Assembly: GCA_963719075.1 (NCBI GenBank)
Contig: CAVRAN010000007.1
Coordinates: 31,709 to 95,708 of the forward strand
DNA from: an uncultured Verrucomicrobiae bacterium
Lineage (GTDB): Bacteria > Verrucomicrobiota > Verrucomicrobiia > Limisphaerales > UBA11358
DNA: 64,000 nucleotides
Direction of reading: 5' to 3'
The stretch's first letter is position 1. Each line of letters opens with the position of its first letter. Positions 41,698 through 51,394 of this stretch are shown here, piece after piece. A program made the position numbers and the translations under genes. The notes under the pieces were generated by a model, which worked only from the letters and a program-made list of their open reading frames with translations, searched no databases and was not told the origin of the DNA.

Positions 41698-43083
41698 TCA
41701 TTTAGAAAAGGGCCGGTGATATATCTGCCATCCATAGCCATTAAGGCTGAAGTCAGGAAGGGTGGTGTCAACCGATTCAGACATGCCGCTGATGTTCACA
41801 GGCTCAAAACCGTCTCCATTTGGCAATTCAACCGACCCGGCCACACGGCGGCTGGAAAGATTGATCATGACCAGAAACTGATCTTTTTCATCCTGTCGCA
41901 GGAAGCTGATGATTTCTCCCGAAGCGGTGTTTTCGAGCCAGACAACATCTCCATTGTATAGCGCGGGGGATTGCTTGCGAAGCTTGATCAGATTCCGGTA
42001 AATGTCGCGTAGGGGAGGGCGTCCGCTGGGGTGCCAAAAAACCGGCATCTTTTCAAACAAGGCCGGGTCGGCGGACTCGGTCGCATCACCCACTTCCATG
42101 CCGTTATAAAAGAGCGGCACGCCGTCGAGCGTCAACATTAACACCTGCGCCGCGAGTGCTCCATTCAAACCATAACGTGCAATAGACCGTGTTTCCTCGT
42201 GACTGTCCGAGAAACGCAGGTGCAATGCGTCCTTGGGGAACTGCTGATAGGTGTGCTCCCACGAATCTTTCATGAAGTATGCTGGAACCACTCCACTCAT
42301 AACGGTGTCCAGTGTGCTGACCAAGGCCCAAGAGGAATCTACATCAAAGGCTTTATCAAGCAGTGCAGGTTTGGCGCCGGCATCGGCAAGGATGATGACT
42401 TGTGGATTAATCTTCTCAAGTTCGGCCCGGGTGGCTTCCCAAAAATCAACGGGCACCGTGGGGGACACATCGCAACGAAACCCGTCCACGCCGTAGTCCT
42501 CCAACCAGTATTTCATCATGTCAATCATGTATTGCCGCACGTCCGGATTTGCATAATTCAAGCCCGCCACATCCGTCCATGCAGGATCAGGTGGGACAAT
42601 TACGCCATTCGTGTCCTGAAGAAAAAAATCCGGGTGTGCCATGAGCACGCTGTCCCAGGCGGTCTGGCCGGCCACGATTTCCATGATCACTTTCATGTCG
42701 CGCTTGTGGGCCTCCTCAATCAGATGCTTGAAGTCGTTGGTGGTGCCATAGTCGGGGTTGATGGCGTAAAAGTCGCGCACCGCGTAAGGGCTGCCAATCG
42801 ACCCTTTCTTCATCTTTTCGCCGATCGGGTGGATTGGCATGAGCCAGAGAATGTTCACGCCAAGATCGTTTAATTCATCCAAACGGGCGGTAATCGCATT
42901 GAGATCCCCTTCCTGGGAGAAGTTGCGCGGGAAGATTTCATACACGACTGAACTTCGAAGCCAGTCGGGTGATTTGTGAGGGCTCGAAATGGAAGAATCT
43001 GCCGCTGAAACGGCGGTGGAATAAATCGCCAGCCAACCAATAAAAACTATGGCGAGCAAACACTTTATCAGAGTTAACTTCAT
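41698..43083 (-). CDS. Secreted GH13 alpha-amylase family protein
   Basis: Signal peptide from ATG 43083; LWLMPIHP, GSPYAVRD, DGFRCD, GVPLFYNG; acid/base region appears divergent. Confidence 0.85.
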   Translation of the reverse strand: MKLTLIKCLLAIVFIGWLAIYSTAVSAADSSISSPHKSPDWLRSSVVYEIFPRNFSQEGDLNAITARLDELNDLGVNILWLMPIHPIGEKMKKGSIGSPYAVRDFYAINPDYGTTNDFKHLIEEAHKRDMKVIMEIVAGQTAWDSVLMAHPDFFLQDTNGVIVPPDPAWTDVAGLNYANPDVRQYMIDMMKYWLEDYGVDGFRCDVSPTVPVDFWEATRAELEKINPQVIILADAGAKPALLDKAFDVDSSWALVSTLDTVMSGVVPAYFMKDSWEHTYQQFPKDALHLRFSDSHEETRSIARYGLNGALAAQVLMLTLDGVPLFYNGMEVGDATESADPALFEKMPVFWHPSGRPPLRDIYRNLIKLRKQSPALYNGDVVWLENTASGEIISFLRQDEKDQFLVMINLSSRRVAGSVELPNGDGFEPVNISGMSESVDTTLPDFSLNGYGWQIYHRPFSK

Positions 43084-43438
43084 GGTATTTGTCGGATTTG
43101 AAATGACCTTATCAAAAGGCCCAAACGCTGTCCACTGACACAAACATGCGGTAGTCCCCATGAACTCTCATCGTCGATCAAGCGCCAATACGCACGCCGC
43201 CATCTTTGAATAGATCGAAATCTTTTATTAACCGGGGCGGCTCCACAGCCCGCTCGGTTTCAAATCTCCTGTGGACTTTGAAACCCAACTCAACTAAAAC
43301 ATCCATGTCTTATGCGCTCCGCAGTAGTCCACAGAACCGAGACAAGACCACCTTTGAGCCTGTCGGCTTCGTTTGGATATGGCTTTAGTGTCGCGTTTTG
43401 TTCAGACACAGTCATCTCAAAGCAACCACTGTAATAAG

Positions 43439-43942
43439 ATGAAAAACTTTGACTTCAAAAACGCCGAGACTGCGGGTGCCTGCTGGGCAATTCATCTTAT
43501 CTTAACCTTTTTGCTGGCGATAGGTCTGGCAGCCTACGACGGGGTCGAACATACTTATCCGATATTGGCTGGTTATATGTCATGCGGTTGGATTATTCCA
43601 TTTTCCTTCTGGAGAACCGTAAAAAAAATTGTTAGCCTACCCGTTAGTTCTACAAGATTATCCATAAACATATATGGTCCGCCTATAATGGGCATGGTTT
43701 TAGGAACGCTTTTTTTCGTTTTGGGCGTGTTCGTGCCAGCATCTTGGGTGGATTATATCAAAGATAATAATGGAATTACCATTTGGAATTCCGACCCTCG
43801 ATTCGCAAAGGAGCTGTTGAAAAACCGAATTGAAACTGGTGGTATGGGATTATCAGGAGTTTTGATATGTTATTTTATTCTCCGCTTTATTCGTAAGCAC
43901 GATGCAAAAAATCAGGAGCAAAAACCGGAATCGGAGCAATGA
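43439..43942 (+). CDS. Hypothetical membrane protein
   Basis: AT-rich ORF with about four hydrophobic segments. Confidence 0.6.
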   Translation: MKNFDFKNAETAGACWAIHLILTFLLAIGLAAYDGVEHTYPILAGYMSCGWIIPFSFWRTVKKIVSLPVSSTRLSINIYGPPIMGMVLGTLFFVLGVFVPASWVDYIKDNNGITIWNSDPRFAKELLKNRIETGGMGLSGVLICYFILRFIRKHDAKNQEQKPESEQ

Positions 43943-44057
43943 TTGCTTATATGCTTTTTTACTGCGATTTTTATTTTGGGTTCAAAGATTTTTTGGCGGA
44001 CACAGCCTGAAAAGGCGCAAATAGCTGTAAAACAGTAGCTTGGGATTGTTTTCGAGC

Positions 44058-44245
44058 GCGCAGGATTTCGCGGGAACGACCTGGGATTTTGCGGGAAGGG
44101 TTCAGGACTTCGTGGGAGCAGTCCAGCATTTCGCGGGAGGAGCGCAGACTTTGCGGGAACGATTCAGGATTTCGCAGGAGTCATCCGGGATTTCAAGGGG
44201 ACGATTCAGGATTTTGCAGGAGCAGTCGAGGATTTTGCGGGAGCG
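44058..44245. repeat. Degenerate 21-bp tandem array, 9 units (unit 5 is 20 bp)
   Basis: Consensus RTYCAGGATTTYGCGGGARCR, e.g. gcgcaggatttcgcgggaacg / attcaggatttcgcaggagtc / attcaggattttgcaggagca. Confidence 0.9.
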
Positions 44246-44275
44246 GCGGAGAAAATTATTTTCACTTCGCAAGCT

Positions 44276-44575
44276 TCAAGTTTTTTTCGGCGGCAGTTCA
44301 CGAATAAATGCCCACGAGACTTCGGCGGTCTGGCCGTTGTCGTAATGGATGTCAAAACCGGCCTGACACCAATCGTCAACTTCCAGATGGTCGAACTTGG
44401 CCTTTGGCGAAATTTTATTTGCCTTGCGGATGGTGGCGTGCGGTTCGAGGATGCAGAGGCCGTCGGCAAATTCCACGTCAAAGGCATCCTCCCAGCTCAA
44501 ATAGCGAACGTTTTTGATCTTCGAGAATTTGCCTTTGGTAAAAGGCATTTTGGCATTTTGAATCACAGTTTTCAT
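44276..44575 (-). CDS. Putative antitoxin-like protein (DUF2442-like)
   Basis: 99 aa, coupled (ATGA) to the upstream DUF4160-like gene; FDVEFADG motif. Confidence 0.55.
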   Translation of the reverse strand: MKTVIQNAKMPFTKGKFSKIKNVRYLSWEDAFDVEFADGLCILEPHATIRKANKISPKAKFDHLEVDDWCQAGFDIHYDNGQTAEVSWAFIRELPPKKT

Positions 44576-44760
44576 ATTCGGCCTTCGCGTTTCAACTCCA
44601 CAATTTTACGCTCAATTTTGGGAATGTCCATCGGTTGCATCGTTTCCAGATTCACGCGGGTGATCAATCGCTCATTTTTGTCGAACACATGAATGTGACG
44701 CGGCGGATGATCGCCAACCCACCACATGAACATATAATCGCCGCGACGAACCTTGCCCAT
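44572..44760 (-). CDS. DUF4160-like small protein (putative toxin)
   Basis: GDHPPRHIHV motif; 62 aa. Confidence 0.7.
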   Translation of the reverse strand: MGKVRRGDYMFMWWVGDHPPRHIHVFDKNERLITRVNLETMQPMDIPKIERKIVELKREGRI

Positions 44761-44773
44761 AATTCAAATTGAT

Positions 44774-45325
44774 TCACTTCGCAATCATCCCGCTTTGGCG
44801 CGCATAATTGAACAGGCCGCCAGCGTCCACGACGGGGCGGACGTCGCCGAGCGGTTTGAAATGATAGACTTTGCCGGTCGCCTGGACGGTGACGGTGGCG
44901 GCGTCGAGGTCAACGGTCACGACGTCGCCGGTCTTCAGCGTGTCGCAGAGGCGTTCGGTGATTTCGCACGGATAGAGTTCGCCGGTGGCGACGGAATTAC
45001 GGAAGAAAATGCGCGCGAAACTTTCGGCGAGGATGATTTTGCAACTGGCCGAGCCGAGCGCGATGGGCGCGTGTTCGCGCGAGCTGCCGCAGCCGAAATT
45101 TTTCCCGCCGACGACGATGGGATATTCGCTGTCGAGCTGGCCTTCCTTGACGTAGCGCGTGGCGTAGAGGGATTCGGGCAGGCCGGCGAGTGCGTGGCTG
45201 CCGAGCTTCTCGTATTCCTCGGGAATGGTCGGGACGAGGTTTAGATATTGCGCGGGGATTATCTGGTCGGTGTCAATGTTGTCGCGCACGACGTAAACGG
45301 AGCCGGTGAAAACAGATTTCGTCAT
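44774..45325 (-). CDS. leuD: 3-isopropylmalate dehydratase small subunit (LeuD/HacB type)
   Basis: NIDTDQIIPA, NFGCGSSREHA, SFARIFFRN. Confidence 0.9.
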   Translation of the reverse strand: MTKSVFTGSVYVVRDNIDTDQIIPAQYLNLVPTIPEEYEKLGSHALAGLPESLYATRYVKEGQLDSEYPIVVGGKNFGCGSSREHAPIALGSASCKIILAESFARIFFRNSVATGELYPCEITERLCDTLKTGDVVTVDLDAATVTVQATGKVYHFKPLGDVRPVVDAGGLFNYARQSGMIAK

Positions 45326-45360
45326 GCGGTCAATGTGCCGCTTGCGAAGGAAATTTTCAA

Positions 45361-45705
45361 TCAGATTTCAATCGTTGGTTTTTCTGACGGAGGAACGTTG
45401 CGCTGTTCGTGTTTTCTTATCGCGATGACGGCGATGGTGCAAGCCGTCCAAGTCGGCAGGTCTTCCAAAACGGGAACGAGTTCGATGACAAACGTCGGCA
45501 ACAGCAGCCAATGAAAACCAATCGCCCAACTCGTCAACACCATCGCCACCACGTCAATCACTTGATCTGGAAAAGCCCAGCCGACCGGGCCGAGGAGAAA
45601 TTGCAATCCATCGGCCGCCAGGGCGATGGCCAGTGCCATGACGATGCGAACGCGAGTCAATCGCGGCGTGCGGAACAGGCGATTTAATTTTTCCGGCAGT
45701 TTCAT
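45361..45705 (-). CDS. Hypothetical membrane protein
   Basis: Hydrophobic ORF: ALAADGLQ...LLPTFVIELVPVLEDLPTWT. Confidence 0.7.
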   Translation of the reverse strand: MKLPEKLNRLFRTPRLTRVRIVMALAIALAADGLQFLLGPVGWAFPDQVIDVVAMVLTSWAIGFHWLLLPTFVIELVPVLEDLPTWTACTIAVIAIRKHEQRNVPPSEKPTIEI

Positions 45706-45890
45706 TTTGCGAATGGCTTTGATGTTCCATCGCCGCGCCTGAATTTTCAATCGCCGTATGTTGAAATTTGCAAAGAAACTCCCGGCCTTTAATGCAAAAA
45801 ATGCCGAATCGAAATGTTCCGCGTTGTTGTTTTTTCATCCGCTTTAGTGCGCACTAAAAACTTTACAGTTTTTCCGCGAAGCCGCAAAGT

Positions 45891-47885
45891 ATGCGCGTGT
45901 TGACTGACAGTGGAAAAAGGGTTCAACCGGAGTCGCCTGCGGCAGCCCGGACTAAAGCCAGCGCGGCGAATGATTTGGAAACCGCCATTTTGCGGGCGCA
46001 GGAGAATCTTCTTGGGCTGCAGCGCCCTGAAGGCTACTGGATCGGCGAACTGATGGTGGATTCGACGCTCGTTTCGGACATGGTCGCCTACGATCATTGG
46101 GACGGCAGCATGGATAAAAAATGGCAGCGCAAGGCGGTTAATCATATTTTTTCCAAGCAATTGCCCGATGGCGGGTGGAATATTTATCACGGCGGCCCGG
46201 CGGAAGTGAACGCGACAATCAAAGCGTATCTGGCGCTCAAACTTGCCGGTGTGCGCGTGACCGACCCGCGAATGTTGCGCGCGCGGCAGGTGGCCTTGAG
46301 TCTCGGCGGCGTGCCGCGCATGAACACATTTTCCAAGCTGTATCTTGCATTGATCGGTTTGTATCCATGGGAGTATGTACCGACGATTCCGTGTGAAGTG
46401 CTGCTGCTGGGCAAATGGTTTCACGTGAATTTCTGGGACATGAGCAACTGGTCGCGCGGCATGCTTGTGCCGCTGGCCATCATCAACCATTTCAAGCCGA
46501 CGCGGCCAGTAAGTGTGGATTTGGACGAACTTTACCCTGAAGGCATCCATGAACGCGACCTCGCACCCACGCCCGATCCAGAGAAGATTTCCCTCCGTAA
46601 TTTTTTCCTGTGGCTGGACCGGTTGCACAAACTAGCCGAATGGTTCGCCGAACATAAAATTCATCCGTTCCGCAAGCTCGCCTTAAAAAAGTGCGAGAAC
46701 TGGATGCTGGAACGCTTTGAAGGCACGGACGGTCTGGCCGCGATTTTTCCGGCGATGCTCAATTCGCTCATCGCGCTCAAGGCCCTCGGCTATCCCGACG
46801 ACCATCCGCAGGTCATCCGTGCTGTGCGCGAGTTAAAAAAACTTCAACACGAAACGGACAATGACGTTCGTATTGAGCCATGTTTTTCGCCGGTTTGGGA
46901 CACGGCCATCGTCGCCATTTGTCTGCGCGAGTCGGGCATTTCAGAAAATCATCCAATGATGAAGAAAGCGGCTGAATGGCTGATGGAAAGGGAAATCCGT
47001 TTTCGCGGCGACTGGGTTCATAAAAACCCTGCGAGCGTCGAGCCGAGCGGCTGGGTTTTTGAATTCAACAACAAATGGAATCCCGATGTGGATGACACGG
47101 CGATGGTGCTGCTCGCGTTGCGGAAAATTCCCACGGACGATCCACAGAAGCGCGACGAATGTTTCCGGCGCGGACTGAAATGGATGATGACGTTTCAGTG
47201 TAAGGATGGTGGTTGGGCCTCGTTTGATAAAGATTGCACCAAGAACATTCTGGAAAAGGTTCCGTTTGCCGACCACAACGCAATGCTCGACCCTGAATGC
47301 GCCGACATCACCGCACGCATCCTTGAACTGCTCGGCTACGAAAATTGGAAAGTCACACATTCACAAATTGAGAAGGCGCTGGATTTTATTCGCGACACAC
47401 AGGAAGCCGACGGCTCTTGGTATGGCCGCTGGGGTGTGAATTATATTTACGGAACATGGCAGGTTTTGCGCGGCTTGCGCGCGATGAACCTGGACATGAA
47501 CCAGCCGTGGCTGCTCAAGGCGCGCGAGTGGTTCGAAAGCGTCCAGCACGAAGACGGCGGCTGGGGCGAACGCTGTAACACCTACGACGACCCGGTTTTC
47601 AAAGGGCAGGGGCCAAGTACTGCATCGCAAACCGCGTGGGCGGTCATGGGCTTATGCGCGTTTGACGACCCGGAGAATCCCGCGCTCAAACGCGGCATCG
47701 AGTATTTGATTCGAACGCAAAATCCCGATGGCTCGTGGACGGAACACGAGACGACTGGCACCGGTTTTCCAAAAGTTTTTTATTTAAAATACGACATTTA
47801 CCGCAACGCGTGGCCGCTACTCGCGCTGGCGACTTACCAGAAGATTTCCGAACGTGCCGGGGCAAACAACGGCGCGCAAACCTGA
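45891..47885 (+). CDS. shc: Squalene-hopene cyclase
   Basis: QxxDGxW repeats, DVDDTA catalytic motif, WYGRWGVNYIYGT, TGTGFP. Confidence 0.95.
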   Translation: MRVLTDSGKRVQPESPAAARTKASAANDLETAILRAQENLLGLQRPEGYWIGELMVDSTLVSDMVAYDHWDGSMDKKWQRKAVNHIFSKQLPDGGWNIYHGGPAEVNATIKAYLALKLAGVRVTDPRMLRARQVALSLGGVPRMNTFSKLYLALIGLYPWEYVPTIPCEVLLLGKWFHVNFWDMSNWSRGMLVPLAIINHFKPTRPVSVDLDELYPEGIHERDLAPTPDPEKISLRNFFLWLDRLHKLAEWFAEHKIHPFRKLALKKCENWMLERFEGTDGLAAIFPAMLNSLIALKALGYPDDHPQVIRAVRELKKLQHETDNDVRIEPCFSPVWDTAIVAICLRESGISENHPMMKKAAEWLMEREIRFRGDWVHKNPASVEPSGWVFEFNNKWNPDVDDTAMVLLALRKIPTDDPQKRDECFRRGLKWMMTFQCKDGGWASFDKDCTKNILEKVPFADHNAMLDPECADITARILELLGYENWKVTHSQIEKALDFIRDTQEADGSWYGRWGVNYIYGTWQVLRGLRAMNLDMNQPWLLKAREWFESVQHEDGGWGERCNTYDDPVFKGQGPSTASQTAWAVMGLCAFDDPENPALKRGIEYLIRTQNPDGSWTEHETTGTGFPKVFYLKYDIYRNAWPLLALATYQKISERAGANNGAQT

Positions 47886-47890
47886 AACCA

Positions 47891-48997
47891 ATGGGCTGGC
47901 CGTATCAAAAACTCGTCAGCCCGCTGCTCTTCGCGCAGGACGCCGAAAGCGCGCACGATTTTACCTTAAAAATTTTAAGCCGCGCCAGCGAAGATAAATT
48001 CATCTGCAACGCCGTCGGAAAATTTTTTTCGGCACCGGAACTGCCCGTTGAACTTTTTGGTTTGAAATTTCCAAACCCAATCGGCGTTGCTGCCGGAATG
48101 GACAAATTCGCCGCCGCCGTTCCCATTTGGGAAAAATTCGGCTTCGGTTTTTGTGAGCTTGGCGGCGTGACATGGCACGCGCAGCCGGGAAATCCACCAC
48201 CGCGAATGTTCCGCGCCGTTGCAGATGAAGCGATTATAAACCGCATGGGCTTCAACAATCCCGGCGCGGAAGCTCTCGCGCAAAAACTTTTCGATTGGAA
48301 AAAATCCAGTCGCTGGCCAAAGCATCCTGTCGGAATCAACTTGGGAAAATCGAAAGTCGCGCCGCTGGAAAAGGCCGCCGAAGATTACGCAAGCTCGTTT
48401 CGTGTTCTGCGCGATCTTGCGGATTTTTTTGTCGTCAATGTCAGTTCACCCAACACGCCCGGTTTGCGCCAGCTTCAGGACAAAGTCTCGCTCGACGGAA
48501 TTCTTGTGGCGTTGCAAGAAGTCCAAAGTCCGAAGTCTGAAATCCATGATCAGAAACCAGTCCTTGTGAAAGTCGCACCCGATTTGTCATTTGAAGCTCT
48601 CGACGAAATTTTGGAACTCGCCGTTCCGCGGCAAATTGCCGGCATCGTCGCGACAAACACAACTATTTCACGTCCGCATACAAATGATTCGATTTTGCAA
48701 AAAATTTATTCCGAAACCGGGGGTTTAAGCGGCAGGCCGCTGCGCGCGCGCAGCACGGAAATCATCCGGCACATTTTTAAACAGACACGCGGACAATTGC
48801 CAATTATCGGCGTTGGCGGAATTTTCAACGCGGATGACGCCTGGGAAAAAATTACGGCGGGCGCGTCGCTGGTTCAAATTTACACCGGTTTGGTCTATGA
48901 AGGGCCGGCCCTTGCAAAAAAAATCGTGACCAGCCTGGTTGAAAAACTTAAAAAATCCGGCATGAAAAATTTGCCAGAAGCTGTCGGTTCAAGTTAG
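47891..48997 (+). CDS. pyrD: Quinone-dependent dihydroorotate dehydrogenase
   Basis: NPIGVAAGMDK, INRMGFNN, NVSSPNTPGLR, KVAPDL, GGLSG. Confidence 0.95.
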   Translation: MGWPYQKLVSPLLFAQDAESAHDFTLKILSRASEDKFICNAVGKFFSAPELPVELFGLKFPNPIGVAAGMDKFAAAVPIWEKFGFGFCELGGVTWHAQPGNPPPRMFRAVADEAIINRMGFNNPGAEALAQKLFDWKKSSRWPKHPVGINLGKSKVAPLEKAAEDYASSFRVLRDLADFFVVNVSSPNTPGLRQLQDKVSLDGILVALQEVQSPKSEIHDQKPVLVKVAPDLSFEALDEILELAVPRQIAGIVATNTTISRPHTNDSILQKIYSETGGLSGRPLRARSTEIIRHIFKQTRGQLPIIGVGGIFNADDAWEKITAGASLVQIYTGLVYEGPALAKKIVTSLVEKLKKSGMKNLPEAVGSS

Positions 48998-49006
48998 ATA
49001 AATGGC

Positions 49007-49999
49007 ATGAACTATTTGCCCGCAGATTCGCGTTACCAGGACATGCGCTACAATCGCACCGGCCGGAGCGGCCTCAAACTACCCGCCATTTCGCTCGGAC
49101 TTTGGCACAATTTCGGCGGCGTGGACGTTTTTGAAAATGGCCGGACCATGGCACGCCGGGCATTCGATTTGGGCATAACGCATTTTGACCTAGCGAACAA
49201 CTACGGGCCGCCGCCCGGTTCGGCGGAGGAAACGTTCGGGCGCATCCTCGCCAAAGACTTTAAACCTTTTCGCGACGAACTTGTCGTTTCTTCAAAGGCA
49301 GGCTACACAATGTGGGCGGGGCCTTACGGCGACTGGGGTTCGCGCAAATATCTGGTCGCAAGTCTGGAGCAAAGCCTGAAACGTCTCGGGCTGGATTACG
49401 TGGACATTTTTTATTCCCACCGGCCCGACCCCGAAACGCCGCTGGAAGAAACGATGGGCGCGCTGGATTACATCGTGCGCAGCGGGCGGGCGGTCTATGC
49501 GGGCATTTCCAATTATCCCGCCGACAAGGCAAGACAGGCGGCGCAAATTCTTCGTGCGCTCGGCACGCCCTGCCTGATTCATCAGGCGTCTTACAGCATG
49601 TTCAACCGCTGGATTGAAGACGGCCTGCTCGACACGCTTGCGCAGGAAGGCTTCGGCTGCATCGCCTTCTCGCCGCTCGCGCAGGGAATGCTCACGGACA
49701 AATATCTTCGCGGTATTCCTGAAGGTTCGCGTGCGTCCAAGCCGCACGGTTTCCTGAAACCAAATCAAATCACCGAAGATAAACTGGCCAGGGTGCAGCG
49801 GCTCGACGAACTGGCGAAGGCTCGCGGCCAGACGCTCGCGCAAATGGCGCTAGCGTGGGTGCTGCGCCATCCGGGCATGACCTCTGCTTTGATCGGTGCC
49901 AGCCGCGTCGCTCAAATCGAAGATGCCGTCGGCGCGTTGAAAAACCTTGCTTTCACCGACGCCGAACTGCAGAAAATCGAGACTGTCCTGAAAAGTTAG
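49007..49999 (+). CDS. Aldo/keto reductase (L-glyceraldehyde 3-phosphate reductase, YghZ/MgrA-like)
   Basis: SGLKLPAISLGLWHNFG, HFDLANNYGPPPGSAE, YVDIFYSHR. Confidence 0.9.
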   Translation: MNYLPADSRYQDMRYNRTGRSGLKLPAISLGLWHNFGGVDVFENGRTMARRAFDLGITHFDLANNYGPPPGSAEETFGRILAKDFKPFRDELVVSSKAGYTMWAGPYGDWGSRKYLVASLEQSLKRLGLDYVDIFYSHRPDPETPLEETMGALDYIVRSGRAVYAGISNYPADKARQAAQILRALGTPCLIHQASYSMFNRWIEDGLLDTLAQEGFGCIAFSPLAQGMLTDKYLRGIPEGSRASKPHGFLKPNQITEDKLARVQRLDELAKARGQTLAQMALAWVLRHPGMTSALIGASRVAQIEDAVGALKNLAFTDAELQKIETVLKS

Positions 50000-50044
50000 G
50001 CGCATTCTGTTTTGCGCTTCGGTTCGGTCACGCTATCCTTTGTC

Positions 50045-50887
50045 ATGCGCTGGGCATTTGCAAAATATCATGGACTGGGCAACGACTACCTCGTCATTGA
50101 CCCGAAGAACCTACCGTCGCCGCTGACGCCGGAACAAATCAAAACGATTTGCCACCGCAACTTCGGCGTCGGCTCGGACGGCATCCTGCTCGGGCCGCTG
50201 CCATCGAAAAAAGCGATGTTCGCGCTGCGTATTTTTAATCCTGACGGCAGTGAAGCGGAGAAAAGCGGCAACGGACTGCGGATTTTTTCGCGTTATCTTT
50301 GGGATATGAAACTCGTTGGCAAGGAAGAGTTCACCATCGAAACGCGCGGCGGCCTTGTTCAAGCCACGGTCATGGAACGCGGCAAGATTGTGCGTGTCGA
50401 AATGGGCAAGGTCAGTTTTTGGAGCGACGACATTCCCGTTGCCGGTCCGCGCCGCGAGGTCATCAATGAACCGATCCATCTGCGCGGCCAGAAATTCAAC
50501 TTTTGCGCGGCCACCGTGGGCAATCCCCACTGCGTGCTGCCGCTGCCGAAAATCACCGCCGACCTCGCGCGACAACTCGGCCCGCTGCTGGAAACGCACC
50601 TGCGTTTTCCGAACCGCACCAATGTGCAACTCATGAAAGTGCTTGACCGCAAAAATATCCAGATTGAAATCTGGGAGCGTGGTGCGGGTTACACGCTCGC
50701 CAGCGGCAGCAGCAGCAGCGCTGCTGCGGCCGTCGCATACAAACTGGGACTCTGCGACCGCGAGATTTCCGTCCATATGCCCGGCGGCACCATCGCCATC
50801 CAGATCGGCGACGATTTTACGATTCGCATGACCGGCGCGGTAATGAAAATTTGCGACGGTGTTCTGGCGAAAGAAATATTTGCGTGA
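50045..50887 (+). CDS. dapF: Diaminopimelate epimerase family protein (Ser/Ser active-site variant)
   Basis: KYHGLGNDY, GVGSDG, NPDGSEAEKSGNG, GNPH, TNVQ, WERGAGYTLASGS. Confidence 0.88.
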   Translation: MRWAFAKYHGLGNDYLVIDPKNLPSPLTPEQIKTICHRNFGVGSDGILLGPLPSKKAMFALRIFNPDGSEAEKSGNGLRIFSRYLWDMKLVGKEEFTIETRGGLVQATVMERGKIVRVEMGKVSFWSDDIPVAGPRREVINEPIHLRGQKFNFCAATVGNPHCVLPLPKITADLARQLGPLLETHLRFPNRTNVQLMKVLDRKNIQIEIWERGAGYTLASGSSSSAAAAVAYKLGLCDREISVHMPGGTIAIQIGDDFTIRMTGAVMKICDGVLAKEIFA

Positions 50888-51040
50888 ATCTGGAACGTCC
50901 GTATACATGCTAATCTCTTCCAGCCACTAGGGATTTCAAAAATCTGTGCTTATCGTAACTGAAAATTTCCGTCCGTCGCTCCATGACTTCATGTGACAAA
51001 TCCAGTTGCCTAAATAGATTTGCCCGTTCACATTTTGTTC

Positions 51041-51358
51041 ATGGCATCGGAAACATTTCAAGCAAGCCGCTGGACGCACGGGAATTTTCTTTTTCCGACG
51101 GTCATCGAAGTGACGGACAAAGCTGTCATCCGCCACAAGCGCTCATGGTTCAGTAAGGACGAAATCAGCATCAGCATCACCAAGGTCGCGTCGGTCCACA
51201 TCAAAACCGGCCTGATCTGGTCAAATATCTTGATTGAATCCAGCGGCGGCAGCGATCCGTTGGCCAGCCACGGTCATCGAAAAAAAGACGCACGCCGCAT
51301 CCGCGAATTGGTTGAAGCGGCGCAGGGAAATCCGGGCGCGGCGGAAAAATTGTCCTGA
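51041..51358 (+). CDS. Small bacterial PH-domain-like protein
   Basis: Beta-rich; ISITKVASVHIKTGLIWSNILIESSGG. Confidence 0.65.
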   Translation: MASETFQASRWTHGNFLFPTVIEVTDKAVIRHKRSWFSKDEISISITKVASVHIKTGLIWSNILIESSGGSDPLASHGHRKKDARRIRELVEAAQGNPGAAEKLS

Positions 51359-51394
51359 GCGTTTTGTTTTTCCCATTTCGTTTCACCCGCTAAA

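Noticed and set aside
43256-43285. GGTTTCAAA...TTTGAAACC inverted repeat resembling a CRISPR repeat end
   Set aside because: Single copy with no array.
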